Assembly (NCBI RefSeq): GCF_009914755.1
Contig: NC_060936.1
Origin: the human T2T-CHM13v2.0 reference genome, Homo sapiens
Direction: 5' to 3' (one strand)
Length of the DNA stretch: 64,000 bases
Numbering within the stretch: position 1 is the stretch's first letter; every line of letters begins with the position of its first letter. This document shows positions 15,837-27,899 of this stretch, in pieces. The position numbers and the translations under genes are program-made. Under the pieces are notes generated by a model that saw only the letters and a program-made list of their open reading frames with translations, had not been told where the DNA came from and did not search any database.

Positions 15837-18016
15837 GAGTATTTGTTTTTTAATAATACAATCTTTATAGAATGCCTCAACTCATTATGTCGCTGTTTGT
15901 ATCTGGAGTAAGTCAGCCTGTTGGCCCATCACCATCTTCCACCTAGTAATCTGAATGAAGGCATGGTAACTTTAGCCCAAGAAGGTGCTCCATTTTATTG
16001 ACAACAAATGTCATACTCCCAAATCATCATTTAACTTTTATTGCAGAGATCCTAAACTATGGGTGTGTAGAAAGGTGGAGAACAGAAATTTACTTATATA
16101 GTTTATTTGGCATGAGCTCTGGTTTCCTTGTATATTGAAGACCTCAAAACCGCTGGGTCTGTTATTTAAGAGATATTAAAATCAATTTGCTTCCCAGTTT
16201 CAACATTGTCTTTCTTAAGACAATAGCTGGATACCATTCTTTCATTTATGCCACAAACAACTATCCAGTGGCCTACTGTGTTCCTCTTTCAGGGCAAAGC
16301 ATGATGCAATGCAAGGCATTGTGGAGTATGTGATGATTAATAAGCATACTTTTTGCCTTAAGGCACTTATAACCAAGTAAGCAAAATGAAATACATAAAT
16401 ATAAAACGATACAGGCATACCTCATTTTATTGGGCTTTGCTTTATTGTAATTTGCAGATACTGCATTTTTTTACAAATTGTAAGTTTGTGCCAAACCTGC
16501 ATTGATTGAGCAAGTCTGTCGGGACCATTTTTTCCAGAAGCATATGCTCACTTTGTGTCTCTGTGTCACATTTTGGTAATTTTTGCAATATTTCAATTTT
16601 TTTCATTATTACATCTGTTATGGCGATCAGTGATCTTTGTTGTTACTATTGTAATTGTTCTGGGGTGCCATGAACCACACTCATATGACAGGGAACTTAA
16701 TAAATGTTATGTGTGTTCTGACTGCTCCACTGACCAGCTGTTCCCCCATCTCTCTCCCTCTCCTCAGGCCTCTCTTTTCCCTGAGACACAACAATATTGA
16801 AATTAGGCCAACTAATAGCCTTACATGGCCTCTTAGTGTTCAAGTAAAAGGAAGAGTTGCACATCTGTCACCTTAAAGGCTAGAAATGATTAAACTTAGT
16901 GAGGAAGGCATATCAAAAGCCAACTTAGGCCAAAAGCTAGGCCACTTGTGCCAGTTAACCAAGTTGTTAATGCAAAGGAGCAGTTCTTGAAGGAAATTAA
17001 AAGTGCTATTCTAGTGAACACACAAATAATAAGAAAATGGAACAGCCTTAATGCTGATATGGAGAAAGTTCGAATGGTCTGGATAGAAGATCGTACTAGC
17101 CACAACATTTCCTTAAGCCAACGCCCAATCCAGAGCAAGGCCCTAATTCTCTCCAATTCTATGAAGGCTGAGGGAGGTGAGGAAGCTGCAGGAGAAAAAT
17201 TGGAAGCTAGCACAGGTTGGTTCAAGAGATTTAAGCAAAGAAGTCATCTCCAGAACATGACAGTATAAGATGAAGGAGCAAGCGCTGATGGAGAAGCTAC
17301 AGTAAGTTATCCAGAAGATCTAGCTAAGATCATTAATTGATGACGGTGACCATACTAAACAATGGATTTTGAATGTAGAGAAACAACCTTCTATTGGAAG
17401 AAGATGCCATCTAGGACTTTCATAGCTAGAGAGGAGAAGTCAATTCCTGGCTTCAGAGTTTCAAAGGACAGGCTGACTCTCCTGTTAGGAGCTAATGCAG
17501 CTGGTGACTTTAAGTGGAAGCCAGCGCTTATTTACCATTCTGAAAATGGTAATTAATGGCCTCTTAAGAATTATACTAGATCTACTCTACCTGTGCCCTA
17601 TAAACGGAACAACAAGGCCTAGATAACAGGATGGTTTACTAGATATTTTAAGCCCACTGTTGAGACCTACTGCTCAGAAAAAAAAGATCCCTTTCAACAT
17701 ATTAATACTCATTGACAGTATACTTGGTCACCCAAGAGCTCTGATGGAGATATACAAGGAGATTAATGTTGTATTCATGCCAGCTAACACAACATCCATT
17801 TTGTAGTCCATGGAGCAAGGACTAATTTCAACTTTCAAGTCATTAGTTTAAAAATACATTTTGTAAAGCTATAGCTGCCATAAATAGTGATTTATCTGAT
17901 GGATCTGGGAAAAGTAAACTGAACACCTTCTGGAAAAGATTCATCATTCTACAAGCCGTAAGAATATCTGTCATCTGTGAGAGGAGGTCAAAATGTCAAC
18001 GTCAACAGGAGTTTGA

Positions 18017-18325
<309 letters not shown>

Positions 18326-18522
18326 GGAAGGAGTTATTCTAACCCTCATGAATGACTTTGAGGAGTTCAGGATGTTCATGGGGGAGGGGACTGCAGATGT
18401 GGTGAAAATAGCAAGAGAACTAGAATTAGAAGTGGAGCCTAGAGATGTGACTGAATGGCTGCAATCTCATGATAAAACTTGGACAGATGAGGGGTTGCTT
18501 TTTATGGATGAGCAAAGAAAAA

Positions 18523-18808
18523 ATTTTTTTTTCTTTTTTGAGACAGGGTCTCGCTTTATCGCTCAGGCTTGAGTGCAGTGGTGCAATTATGGCTCACTGC
18601 AGCCTTGACCTCCGGGCTCAAGTGATCCTCCCACCCAGCCTACAGCATAGCTGGGACTACAGGCTTCAGCCACCACACCTGGCTAATTTTTGTATTTTTT
18701 TGTAGAGACAAGGTTCACCTTGTTGCCCAGGCTGGTCTTGAACTCCTGGGCTCAAGCAATCTTCCTGCCTTGGTTTCCCAAAGTGCTGGGATTACAGCGT
18801 GCTGGGCT
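18523..18808 (-). mobile_element. AluJ inside Tigger1
   Basis: cactgcagccttgacctccgggctcaagtgatcctccc. Confidence 0.88.
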
Positions 18809-18949
18809 GAAAGTCGTTTCCTGAGATGGAATCTACTCCTGGTGAAGATGCTGTGAGGATTGTTGAAATGACAACAATATATTTAGAATATTCCCTAAAC
18901 TTAGTTGATAAAGTAGCAGCAAGGTTTGAGAGGACTGACTCCAATTTTG

Positions 18950-19112
18950 TTTTTTCATTTTTGATTTTTTTAAGAGACAGGGTCTTGCTCTGTCACCCAG
19001 GCTAGAGTGCAGTGGTGTGATCATAGCTCACTGTAGCCTCGAACTCCCTGACTCAAGTGATCCTCTCACCTCAGCCTGCCAAGTAGGTGGGACTATGGCT
19101 GCGCGCCACAGC
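18950..19112 (-). mobile_element. Alu right monomer (FRAM or truncated AluJ) inside Tigger1
   Basis: Single arm with degenerate TSD tgactc(c/a)aatt(t/g)tg. Confidence 0.8.
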
Positions 19113-19419
19113 GTGACTCAAATTGTGAAAGATGCTCTGCTGTGGATAAAATGCTGTCAAATACCATTGTATGCTACAGAGAAATCTTTTATGAAAGGAA
19201 GAATTGATCAATACAGGAAACTTCATTGTTGTCTTATTTTAAGAAATTGCCACAGCCATCCCATTCTTCGGCAACCACCACCCTGATCAGTCAGTCAGTA
19301 GCGATCAACATTAAGGCTAGACCCTCCACTAGCAAAAAGATGACAACTAGCTAAAGGCTCAGGTGATCATTAGTTTTTTTTTTTTTAGCAATAAAGTATT
19401 TTTTGAATTAAGGTATATG

Positions 19420-19420
<1 letters not shown>

Positions 19421-19461
<41 letters not shown>

Positions 19462-19753
19462 AGATGGGGTCTCAGCTTGTTGCCCAGGCTAGCAGGCTAG
19501 AATGCAGTGGCCCAATCATGGCCCACTGCAGCCTGGACCTCCTGGGCTCAAGTGATTCTCCCACCTCAGCTGGGTAGCTGGGACTATGGGTGTGCACCAC
19601 CACACTCTGCTAATTTTTTTTAAGTTTTTTTTTTTTTAAAACACAGGATCTCACTGTTGCCCAGGCTTGTCTTAAACTATTGGCCTCAGGTGAGCCTCCT
19701 GCCTTGACCTCACAAAGTGCTGGGATTACGGATATGAGCACATGTGCCTGGCC
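19421..19753 (-). mobile_element. AluJ inside Tigger1, bracketed by T40 and T33 tracts
   Basis: Antisense AluJ dimer. T runs at 19421-19460 and 19756-19788. Confidence 0.88.
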
Positions 19754-19754
19754 T

Positions 19755-19792
<38 letters not shown>

Positions 19793-20565
19793 CAGTGCTT
19801 TCCTACACTTAATAGACTACAGCATAGCATAAACATAACTTTTTTATGCACTGAGAAACCAAAAAAATTTTGTTACTGACTTTATTGTGATACTTGCTTT
19901 ATTGTGATGGTCTGCAACTGAACCCACAATAAGCCTGAGGTATGCCTGTACTTTAAAGTAGTCTTTTAGAAGTGATCTAAAATACCAGGAGGGAGGGAGA
20001 GATTTTTTTGATCGGGGGAATAAGAACAACTGTCCCAAGCAGCAATAGGTAAGATAGCATTCTAATCAATAGGAATGGCACAGCCAAAGTATAGGAGTGG
20101 AAAAGTACAGTAGGAGTGAGGAATGTTTTTGTGAAGCATTAGACACAGCAGAGAACGTCTATTAATAGGTTGAAAAGAGCCCTGAGTGCTCATTTAAGGA
20201 TTTGGGACTTTATTCAACAAGCAGTGGAGAGTCTGATGTTTCTGAGGAGAAAGGAGCCATGGCTATCAAACCCAAATTTCCTATCAGTTCCTGATTCATC
20301 CACCAGCCAAGGTTACTGTACCATCCTTGAGGTTGAATGGGTTGGGCCAACTTTGAGGATTAGTGAAATCATTTGTTATTAATGAAGTGGTTAACAATAG
20401 TTAAGGTACCATAGCAATTATGAACAATCTTCTGCTTTAATTTTTCCTATAGGATCTTTTGCTAGTCAGGTCTTCTCTGAGTAGATGAGAGAGATAACTT
20501 TGAATGTCTCAGGGAAAAGTGTAAGAGTAAGTTTTGTTAATACAATACAAGTGAGATTGGAAATG

Positions 20566-20892
20566 CAGTTGGCTCTCCATATATGTAGTTTCTCCATCCA
20601 TAGATTCAACCAGCTGCAGATCAAAAATATTTGAGAGAAAAAACAGTAAACATAACAGTAACAATTTAAAAATACAGTGTAACAACTACTTACATAGCAT
20701 TTACATCATATTAGGTATTATAAGGAATCTAGAGATTATTTAAAGTATATAGGAGGCTGTGCATAGGTTATATGCAAATACTACACCATTTTACATAAGA
20801 GACTTGAGCATCTGGGGATTTTGCTATCTAAAGGGGTAGTGGGAGTGTGTGTATCTTGGAACCAATCCCCAATGGATACCAAGGAAGGACTG
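20566..20892. mobile_element. MER2-type Tigger MITE
   Basis: tttacatcatattaggtattataaggaatctagagattatttaaagtata...ggataccaaggaaggactgta. Confidence 0.85.
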
Positions 20893-20959
20893 TATATTCT
20901 TATCTTACTACCACTGTGCTTGTCCCATTTTAACATTTTTTTCCTGAATGAGAAATACC

Positions 20960-21130
20960 ATACTGTACAGAAAAAGCACACAGAATGGAGAGTCAACTCC
21001 TGAGTCTAAGTCCTAGCTCTGCTACTTATTATCTTTGTGACCCTGAGCAAGTTACTTAACCTTTGTGATCTTGTCATATGGTGGTCAGGAGATTCCAGTT
21101 GGAAAGTAGTTGTGAAAGCGTTATTAACAA
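20960..21130 (+). mobile_element. MIR
   Basis: tgtgaccctgagcaagttacttaacct core. Confidence 0.65.
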
Positions 21131-23779
21131 AATTGGGATGTATGTTGCCTTGCTTGTATTTGGAGATAGTGTCTCCTGTAGGCATTGTTGACATTGTTTA
21201 TAGATGCTTCTGAAAAGACCAATGCGTGTCCCACATCTTATCCACTGTGCGGAAAGGCAGTGTGTTATAGAAAATCACTGGGGCGGAGAGCAGAAACACT
21301 GAATTCCAGCCCACACCCTCGCCCTGGCAGTGTAACTCAAATGTAACTACGACCTCATAAGCTACCCTGCTTTTGTCTTAAGGTACTGTAAAAACAAAAC
21401 ACAACAGTCACAAAAACAACAGAAACCACACACACACACTCAAATCCAATTCCAAGAGACTTAAAGAACAATGCAGATCTTTACTGCAGAACTGTTGAAA
21501 AGAAGATGCATTGGACATTCTACTACTAGACTTCTTAAAAAGTACTTTTTGCCCGCATTGTATACTAGTTGTCCTATCTCCTTTTTTTCTTTCTCCTGCA
21601 CCATGCTCTGCAACGTCAGCCACATTCCTAGATTGCTCCTTCCTGGTCTTTTTATCATCGCCATCATTATCATTATTTGGAGAGTTTTCCACTTTCTCTT
21701 CCTACCTATTGTTCTTTTCAGCATGAGGAAAATAGCTAATTGAAACAAGAAAGGAATGATCTCTTCTTAGAAAATGGACAGGGGGCCACTTAATATTTTG
21801 TGCCTGTGTCACTGGCTGTTTGATACAAGGCAACCTCTTTAACCCCAAACACCTTTTCTATGAAGCTGGATCTAGCAATATTTGCTCCTTTAAACTCCAA
21901 GTAAGGATGAGTTGAGGTAAAGGATAAGGAAATGCTCTGTAAATGTGAAAGTGCTACACAAATATGAGGTTGCATTAATTTGTAGCCTCAGCAACTGTTT
22001 GCAATTTGTCACTCTGTCAGCTCAATCTCCTAAGATCCTAACAAGTCTGAAATCTTGTTCAGGAAAGTTCCACTCTGTTTTTAAACATGGCTGGCCACAA
22101 TGGATTGTTGCTGCCATTCATAGCTAGGCTACTGTGTATTTTTATATTTATAGTTGTATACCACTTTGTAAGCTTTTGACAAACATTCTCTCATCTGATC
22201 CTCACAGTACCCTGTGAGATGATTTTATCACCCCCATGGTTGAAGCTGTACCTCAGGCCTTCCCATCGTTTTTGCCTCTTCTGCTTGCAGTCACCTTATT
22301 TGAGCACCACTACAGCTACTTGGGTAACCCATCTTCTCTTCCCCTGTAAAACTTCATGGAAGTGTGAGTGATGCTTCTGAATTTGGTCAGTAGGATATCC
22401 TCCAGTAACCATTTAGTGGGTCTGCTCTTCGGCCTGTTAGCGATTGATTCAGCAAATGAAGAGCAAAAAGCACACAAGCCTGACATGGCCTTTGTGATGC
22501 CTGTATCCAGACCTCTTAGCCACACTGAAGGCTGGGTGGCCTCACAGCTTTTGATTTGGAGTTTGATACTGCTTTAATGCCCTATTGTTTAACCCAGTTT
22601 CACAGTAATCTTTTTTGGTCATTGAAGCAACCTGAGTGTTCCCTGAGTAGCAAAACTTCATGCGAGCTGTCAGTTCTCTTGTTGTCATTAGAAGTCTTCA
22701 TCTTGTTTTCAGAGCTTCTTTGGAGTAGGAAAGAACTTGATCTTAGTCATTGTCAAAGATGTCATGGTACGGGGAAACCATGTGGACTTTGGAGAGAGGC
22801 TGCTCCCAATGTGATCCTAGGAATTCCTGTATTTTCTTCGAGTTCGAGTCTCGCTTTCTTTCCTCACTTGTAAAATGAAGCTGTCAATGCCTGCCTAATT
22901 AGGTTGTTATGAAGATTAAATGTAATGTTTATAGAGTGCCTGTATATATTATTATAACGTTCATAGGTATTACACCTGCTTTGCAGACAGGCCCATAACC
23001 ACTTTGATGTATCTTCTTTACTTCTGTGTATTTGGGCATGTCTATTTCAAGAGAACTTTATTAATAATTAACTCCAGATCTATATTGTTGAAAGAATTGC
23101 CATTGAATTCTGGAGTTGAAAGAGAGCCAATTGTTATTTTGTATAATAGTTTAGAGCCATCCTTATACTCTGCAGGAGAGGAATGAGGTGGACTTGAGGC
23201 TCATTCCTGCTTCAACCAGAGCAGAAATACTTTTGTCTATATTATATATTGACATTTCGTGTAAGATATGATTTGAAAAAGACTTCCACTGATTGAAAAC
23301 AAAAAAACTTTAAAATTTTAATGCAACTTTCTTCCTGTCCAACACAGAAATCTATTTTCCAACATGACAGACAGATAATGACTTAGGAGAGTGTATCCTG
23401 ATACCAGGTTTAAATTCTAAGCTTTCCAATGCCTGGAATGTAGTAGACACTCAAGACGTTCTCATTGAATGGATAAATTCTTGGTCATTGTTGTGTTAAG
23501 GGTCAACTGAATAGTGCTGGACCTTTGTTCTAGCCTGTGTGTGTGCATTTTCATTACTTTATTCAACACATAATTATTTGATGATAGATTTTGAGTCAGG
23601 ATATTATTCCTTCTGATTTAAGCCTCTATGTTTTTTGAATCTTGGTAATCCTGTCAGAGAAACCAACTTTGCTTAGTCTGTCAGATTCCAGGAGAGCTCA
23701 TTAGTTAAGTGTTATGATCTCATAGGGCTGGAAGGGATCTTAGAAGGGATGCAGGGAAGGGAAAGAGTGCTGATCACAA

Positions 23780-24012
23780 GAAGTAGTGTGGTGAAGTTGT
23801 TAAGAACACAGACCTTGGGGCCAAACAGCTTGGGTTTGAATCCCACTGTGGGACGTAGAGCAAAGTTACTTAACCTCTTTATGCCTCAGTTTTCTCATCA
23901 GTGGTATGGGATAAGAACAATAACTACCTCAGAGGGTTGTTGGAAGCATCAAAAGAATTATATATAAAGCTATTAGAACTGTGTCTAGCAGGTAGTTAGT
24001 GGTCCATATTAA
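23780..24012 (+). mobile_element. MIR
   Basis: gggtttgaatccc...agttacttaacctctttatgcctcagttttctcatc. Confidence 0.8.
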
Positions 24013-24048
24013 AAACAATTATTGGAAGTATTATTAAGACCTACTTCA

Positions 24049-25560
24049 GACGGAGTCTCGTTCACTCAGTGCTCAATGGTGCCCAGGCTGGAGTGCAGTG
24101 GCGTGATCTCGGCTCGCTACAACCTCCACCTCCCAGCAGCCTGCCTTGGCCTCCCAAAGTGCCGAGATTGCAGCCTCTGCCCGGCCGCCACCCCGTCTGG
24201 GAAGTGAGGAGCGTCTCCGCCTGGCCGCCCATCGTCTGGGATGTGAGGGGCCCCTCTGCCTGGCTGCCCAGTCTGGAAAGTGAGGAGCGTCTCTGCCCGG
24301 CCGCCATCCCATCTAGGAAGTGAGGAGCACCTCTTCCCGGCCGCCATCACATCTGGGAAGTGAGGAGCATCTCTGCCCGGCCACCCCGTCTGAGAAGTGA
24401 GGAGACCCTCTGCCTGGCAACCGCCCCGTCTGAGAAGTGAGGAGACCCTCCGCCCGGCAGCCGCCCTGTCTGAGAAGTGAGGAGCCCCTCCGCCCAGCAG
24501 CCACCCCGTCTGGGAAGTGAGGAGCATCTCCGCCCGGCAGCCAACTCGTCTGGGAGGGAGGTGGGGGGGTCAGCCCCCCACCCGGCCAGCCGCCCCGTCC
24601 GGGAGGGAGGTGGGGGGATCAGCCCCCCGCCCGGCCAGCCGCCCCGTCTGGCAGGTGAGGGGCGCCTCTGCCCGGCCGCCCCTACTGGGAAGTGAGGAGC
24701 CCCTCTGCCCGGCCAGCCGCCCTGTCCGGGAGGGAGGTGGGGGGGTCAGCCCCCCGCCCGGCCAGCCGCCCCATCCGGGAAGTGAGGGGCGCCTCTGCCC
24801 AGCCGCCCCTACTGGGAAGTGAGGAGCCCCTCTGCCCGGCCAGCCGCCCCGTCCAGGAGGGAGGTGGGGGGGTTCAGCCCCCCGTCTGGCCAGCTGCCCC
24901 GTCCGGGAGGTGAGGGGCGCCTCTGCCCGGCCGCGCCTACTGGGAAGTGAGGAGCCCCTCTGCCCGGCCACCACCCTGTCTGGGAGGTGTACCCAACAGC
25001 TCATTGAGAATGGGCCATGATGACAATGGCGGTTTTGTAGAATAGAAAGGGGGGAAAGGTGGGGAAAAGATTGAGAAATCGGATGGTTGCCGTGTCTGTG
25101 TAGAAAGAGGTAGACATGGGAGACTTTTCATTTTGTTCTGTACTAAGAAAAATTCTGCCTTGGGATCCTGTTGATCGGTGACCTTACCCCCAACCCTGTG
25201 CTCTCTGAAACATGTGCTGTATCCACTCAGGGTTGAATGGATTAAGGGCGGTGCAAGATGTGCTTTGTTAAACAGATGCTTGAAGGCAGCATGCTCCTTA
25301 AGAGTCATCACCACTCCCTAATCTCAAGTACCCAGGGACACAAACACTGCGGAAGGCCTCAGGGTCCTCTGCCTAGGAAAACCAGAGACCTTTGTTCACT
25401 TGTTTATCTGCTGACCTTCCCTCCACTATTGTCCTGTGACCCTGCCAAATCCCCCTCTGCGAGAAACACCCAAGAATGATCAATTAAAAAAAAATAATAA
25501 TAATAATAATAAAATAAAATTAAATAAAAATAAAATAAGATAAAAGTAAAAAAAAAAAAA
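24049..25560 (+). mobile_element. SVA (probably SVA_D), 5'-truncated, sense to SCN8A
   Basis: Partial Alu-like domain, GC-rich VNTR (~24175-24985), SINE-R (~24988-25485) and A-rich tail. Perfect 13-bp TSD aagacctacttca at 24036-24048 and 25561-25573. No CCCTCT hexamer. Confidence 0.97.
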
Positions 25561-25799
25561 AAGACCTACTTCATATGTATCAGCTCATTTAACCCTCAAA
25601 TGAGGAAATGGTGGCCCCCAGGAACACATTCAGGAACACATTAGTCTACAGGATGCCACTAATGGATTTTAACCAAGGAAGTTAATTTATCAGAATTATA
25701 TCTTAAAAGTCACTCTTGGGACAGGTAGACTGAAAAGGAATGAAACTGGAGGCAGTGAGACCAGTTAGACGGTTGCTATGGTAACTATACAAGAAGTAG

Positions 25800-25955
25800 A
25801 GAGGCTTTTTCTGGAAAGAGTTAGATGGTAAATATTTCAGGCGTTGTGGGCCACACAGCCTTTTGCAACTACTCAGCTCTGCTGTTGTAACACAGAAGCA
25901 GCCACAGACAATACTTACATAAATATGGCTGCATTCTAGTAAAACTTGACTTACA
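25800..25955. mobile_element. MER58-type hAT-Charlie fragment
   Basis: gtaaatatttcaggcgttgtgggccaca...gcaactactcagctctgctgttgtaac...gcagccacagacaata. Confidence 0.75.
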
Positions 25956-26102
25956 GTGTTTCAGTATTGGATGACAAGATTTGAAGATGGATGGTGCCAA
26001 TGACAGTACAACAATGTGAATGTATTCCATGCCATGGAACTGTATACTTAAAAATGGCTAAAATGGTAAATTGTATATTATGTATATTTTACCACAAAAA
26101 AA
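25956..26102 (+). mobile_element. L1MB-type 3' terminus
   Basis: acaacaatgtgaatgta...aactgtatacttaaaaatggctaaaatggtaaatt...ttttaccacaaaaa. Confidence 0.8.
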
Positions 26103-26609
26103 CTTTGCGAGAAGAAATGAAACACTTTTCAGTTTTAGAACAATGGGCAGGAAAAATTGTTTGCATCATAACTTGAATCAAGGAAACTGGTGAAGAAAAT
26201 GAGAATAGGTGTGGAGGCAACAGTTAGAGACTACAAAGGGTTTTCTGTTTGCGATATAAAGGGAAAGGCTCTTGTGCCTTGTGGAAGAAATAAAAGAAAC
26301 ATGGAAAGCAAGTTAAATTTGAAGAAAAAATAGGTGATGGGGGAATGGGGAGGTAAAGTAGAGGACAGCTTTGAGTTGTAGTGTCTGCAGGGCCAGGGAG
26401 ATGGAAGCGGATACTAGTAGCTTGGTAGCTATATGGATGTATGTACAAGGTGGAAACCTGTCTTCATTTTGGACTGATGGAACTTGCTCAGAGAAGCTTT
26501 GGGATACATTTATAATAATTGTAATCATTGGATTGACTTCATTAAATAGGATCCATTCTTAAGAATCTTTCTTAGTGTTTTTAGATTAAAATATCTAAGT
26601 ACTAACTTG

Positions 26610-26734
26610 CTGGCATGCACCAGTGGTCCCGGCCACTTGGGAGGCTGAGGCAGGAGGATTGCTTGAGCCCAGGAGTTTAAGTCCAGCCTGGGCAACACAG
26701 TGGGACCCCATCTCTGAATTAAAGGAAAAAAAAA
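26610..26734 (+). mobile_element. FLAM-type Alu monomer
   Basis: gggaggctgaggcaggaggattgcttgagcccaggagtttaagtccagcctgggcaac. Confidence 0.8.
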
Positions 26735-27743
26735 TATCCAAGTACTCAAAGTGTAAGTGCTTCACAAGTATCTCCTGATAGTTACTTATGGATAATCATA
26801 CATTTATATCCACACTAGGCCTCTGTCAAAGTATTCTATGAACAGATCCTTCAAAGGGTTTCTGGGGGGAAGACATACATGTAAGTCAACCAAGAGTGAC
26901 TATCTCAAAAGGATTAGGAAGAGACCAGTTCTTGAGAATCAGAGGCAAATAGCTCAGCTTTGGGTAAATTTGGTGGAGTGAGACGTAGGAAGGAAAGACT
27001 TCAGAAGTGGCCTCACTAGGTGGAAATCCAGGGAGACAGATGAATGCACGGGCAGTTCCCCATTAACATGGTTGCAGACATTCACCAGGCTGACGAGGTC
27101 CCTGAGACCTGGTAGGAGGGAGAGCAGATCTTGATGTTATCAAGAGAGGCTGAAGACTGCAGTTTTTAATGTTTAAAATGATTAAAACTAAGCTTTGACA
27201 AAATTGTTTTTATTTCAATTTCTAGAACTGTTATAGATTTTCCAAAGTGAAATCTGTAAGTAACAAAGTAGAAAATTGGCAGCGTAGCATCTCGTTGTCA
27301 TTGGAGAAGGGAGGAGCCCAGGGAGTGGGGACAGTGTAAACCATCCATCTGGCTGCATTTTTCTCTTCTCCTATGATAAGAGCCACCCACCTTCCTCCCA
27401 GTGCAGAGCTGCTCCTCTGGCTAATTCCAAATGAGCTATATATCAACATGCAAAGAGCTGTCTCGCAGTCCTCAGAGTCTAGCTATAGTTCTGTACCAAG
27501 CTTCTTATCTTCTTTTGCTTCTTGCTATTAAATCTTTCCCTTGAGGAGCAAAGATGGTGGCGTGAGGTGTGCTGCTGCAAACGCCTCTGGGGAGGAGAAG
27601 GGTGGGGGCCACTGACTCATGGGAGGCCAAATACATCTACAGGATTGGGGGAGGTTCTTTATCACAGGAAGAATTTTTTTCATAACCTTTAGATGCTTTT
27701 ACATTCATCTCAAAAACAAAATTCTGAACTCAGAACTTGGAAA

Positions 27744-27899
27744 AGATAGAGTCTCACTATGTTGCCCAAAGGCTGAAGAGCAGTGGTTATTCACAGGTGT
27801 GACCATGGCACACTGAGGTCTCAAACTCCTGGCCTCAAGAAACCCTCCTGCCTCAGCCTCCTCAGTAGCTGGGACTATAGGCATGCCACCACTCTTGGT
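27744..27899 (-). mobile_element. FAM (fossil Alu monomer)
   Basis: Retains the 7SL-derived gcagtggttattcacaggtgtga segment diagnostic of FAM. Confidence 0.75.

Noticed and set aside
21408-21748. Cluster of 71-95 aa ORFs on both strands
   Set aside because: No recognisable protein similarity, mostly non-ATG starts, and lengths compatible with chance.
22299-22320. RE1/NRSE-like sequence tgagcaccactacagc
   Set aside because: Lacks the GGACAG half-site and the correct spacing.
24022-25479. Many overlapping Pro/Gly/Arg-rich ORFs on both strands
   Set aside because: Expected by-product of the stop-poor, GC-rich SVA VNTR.
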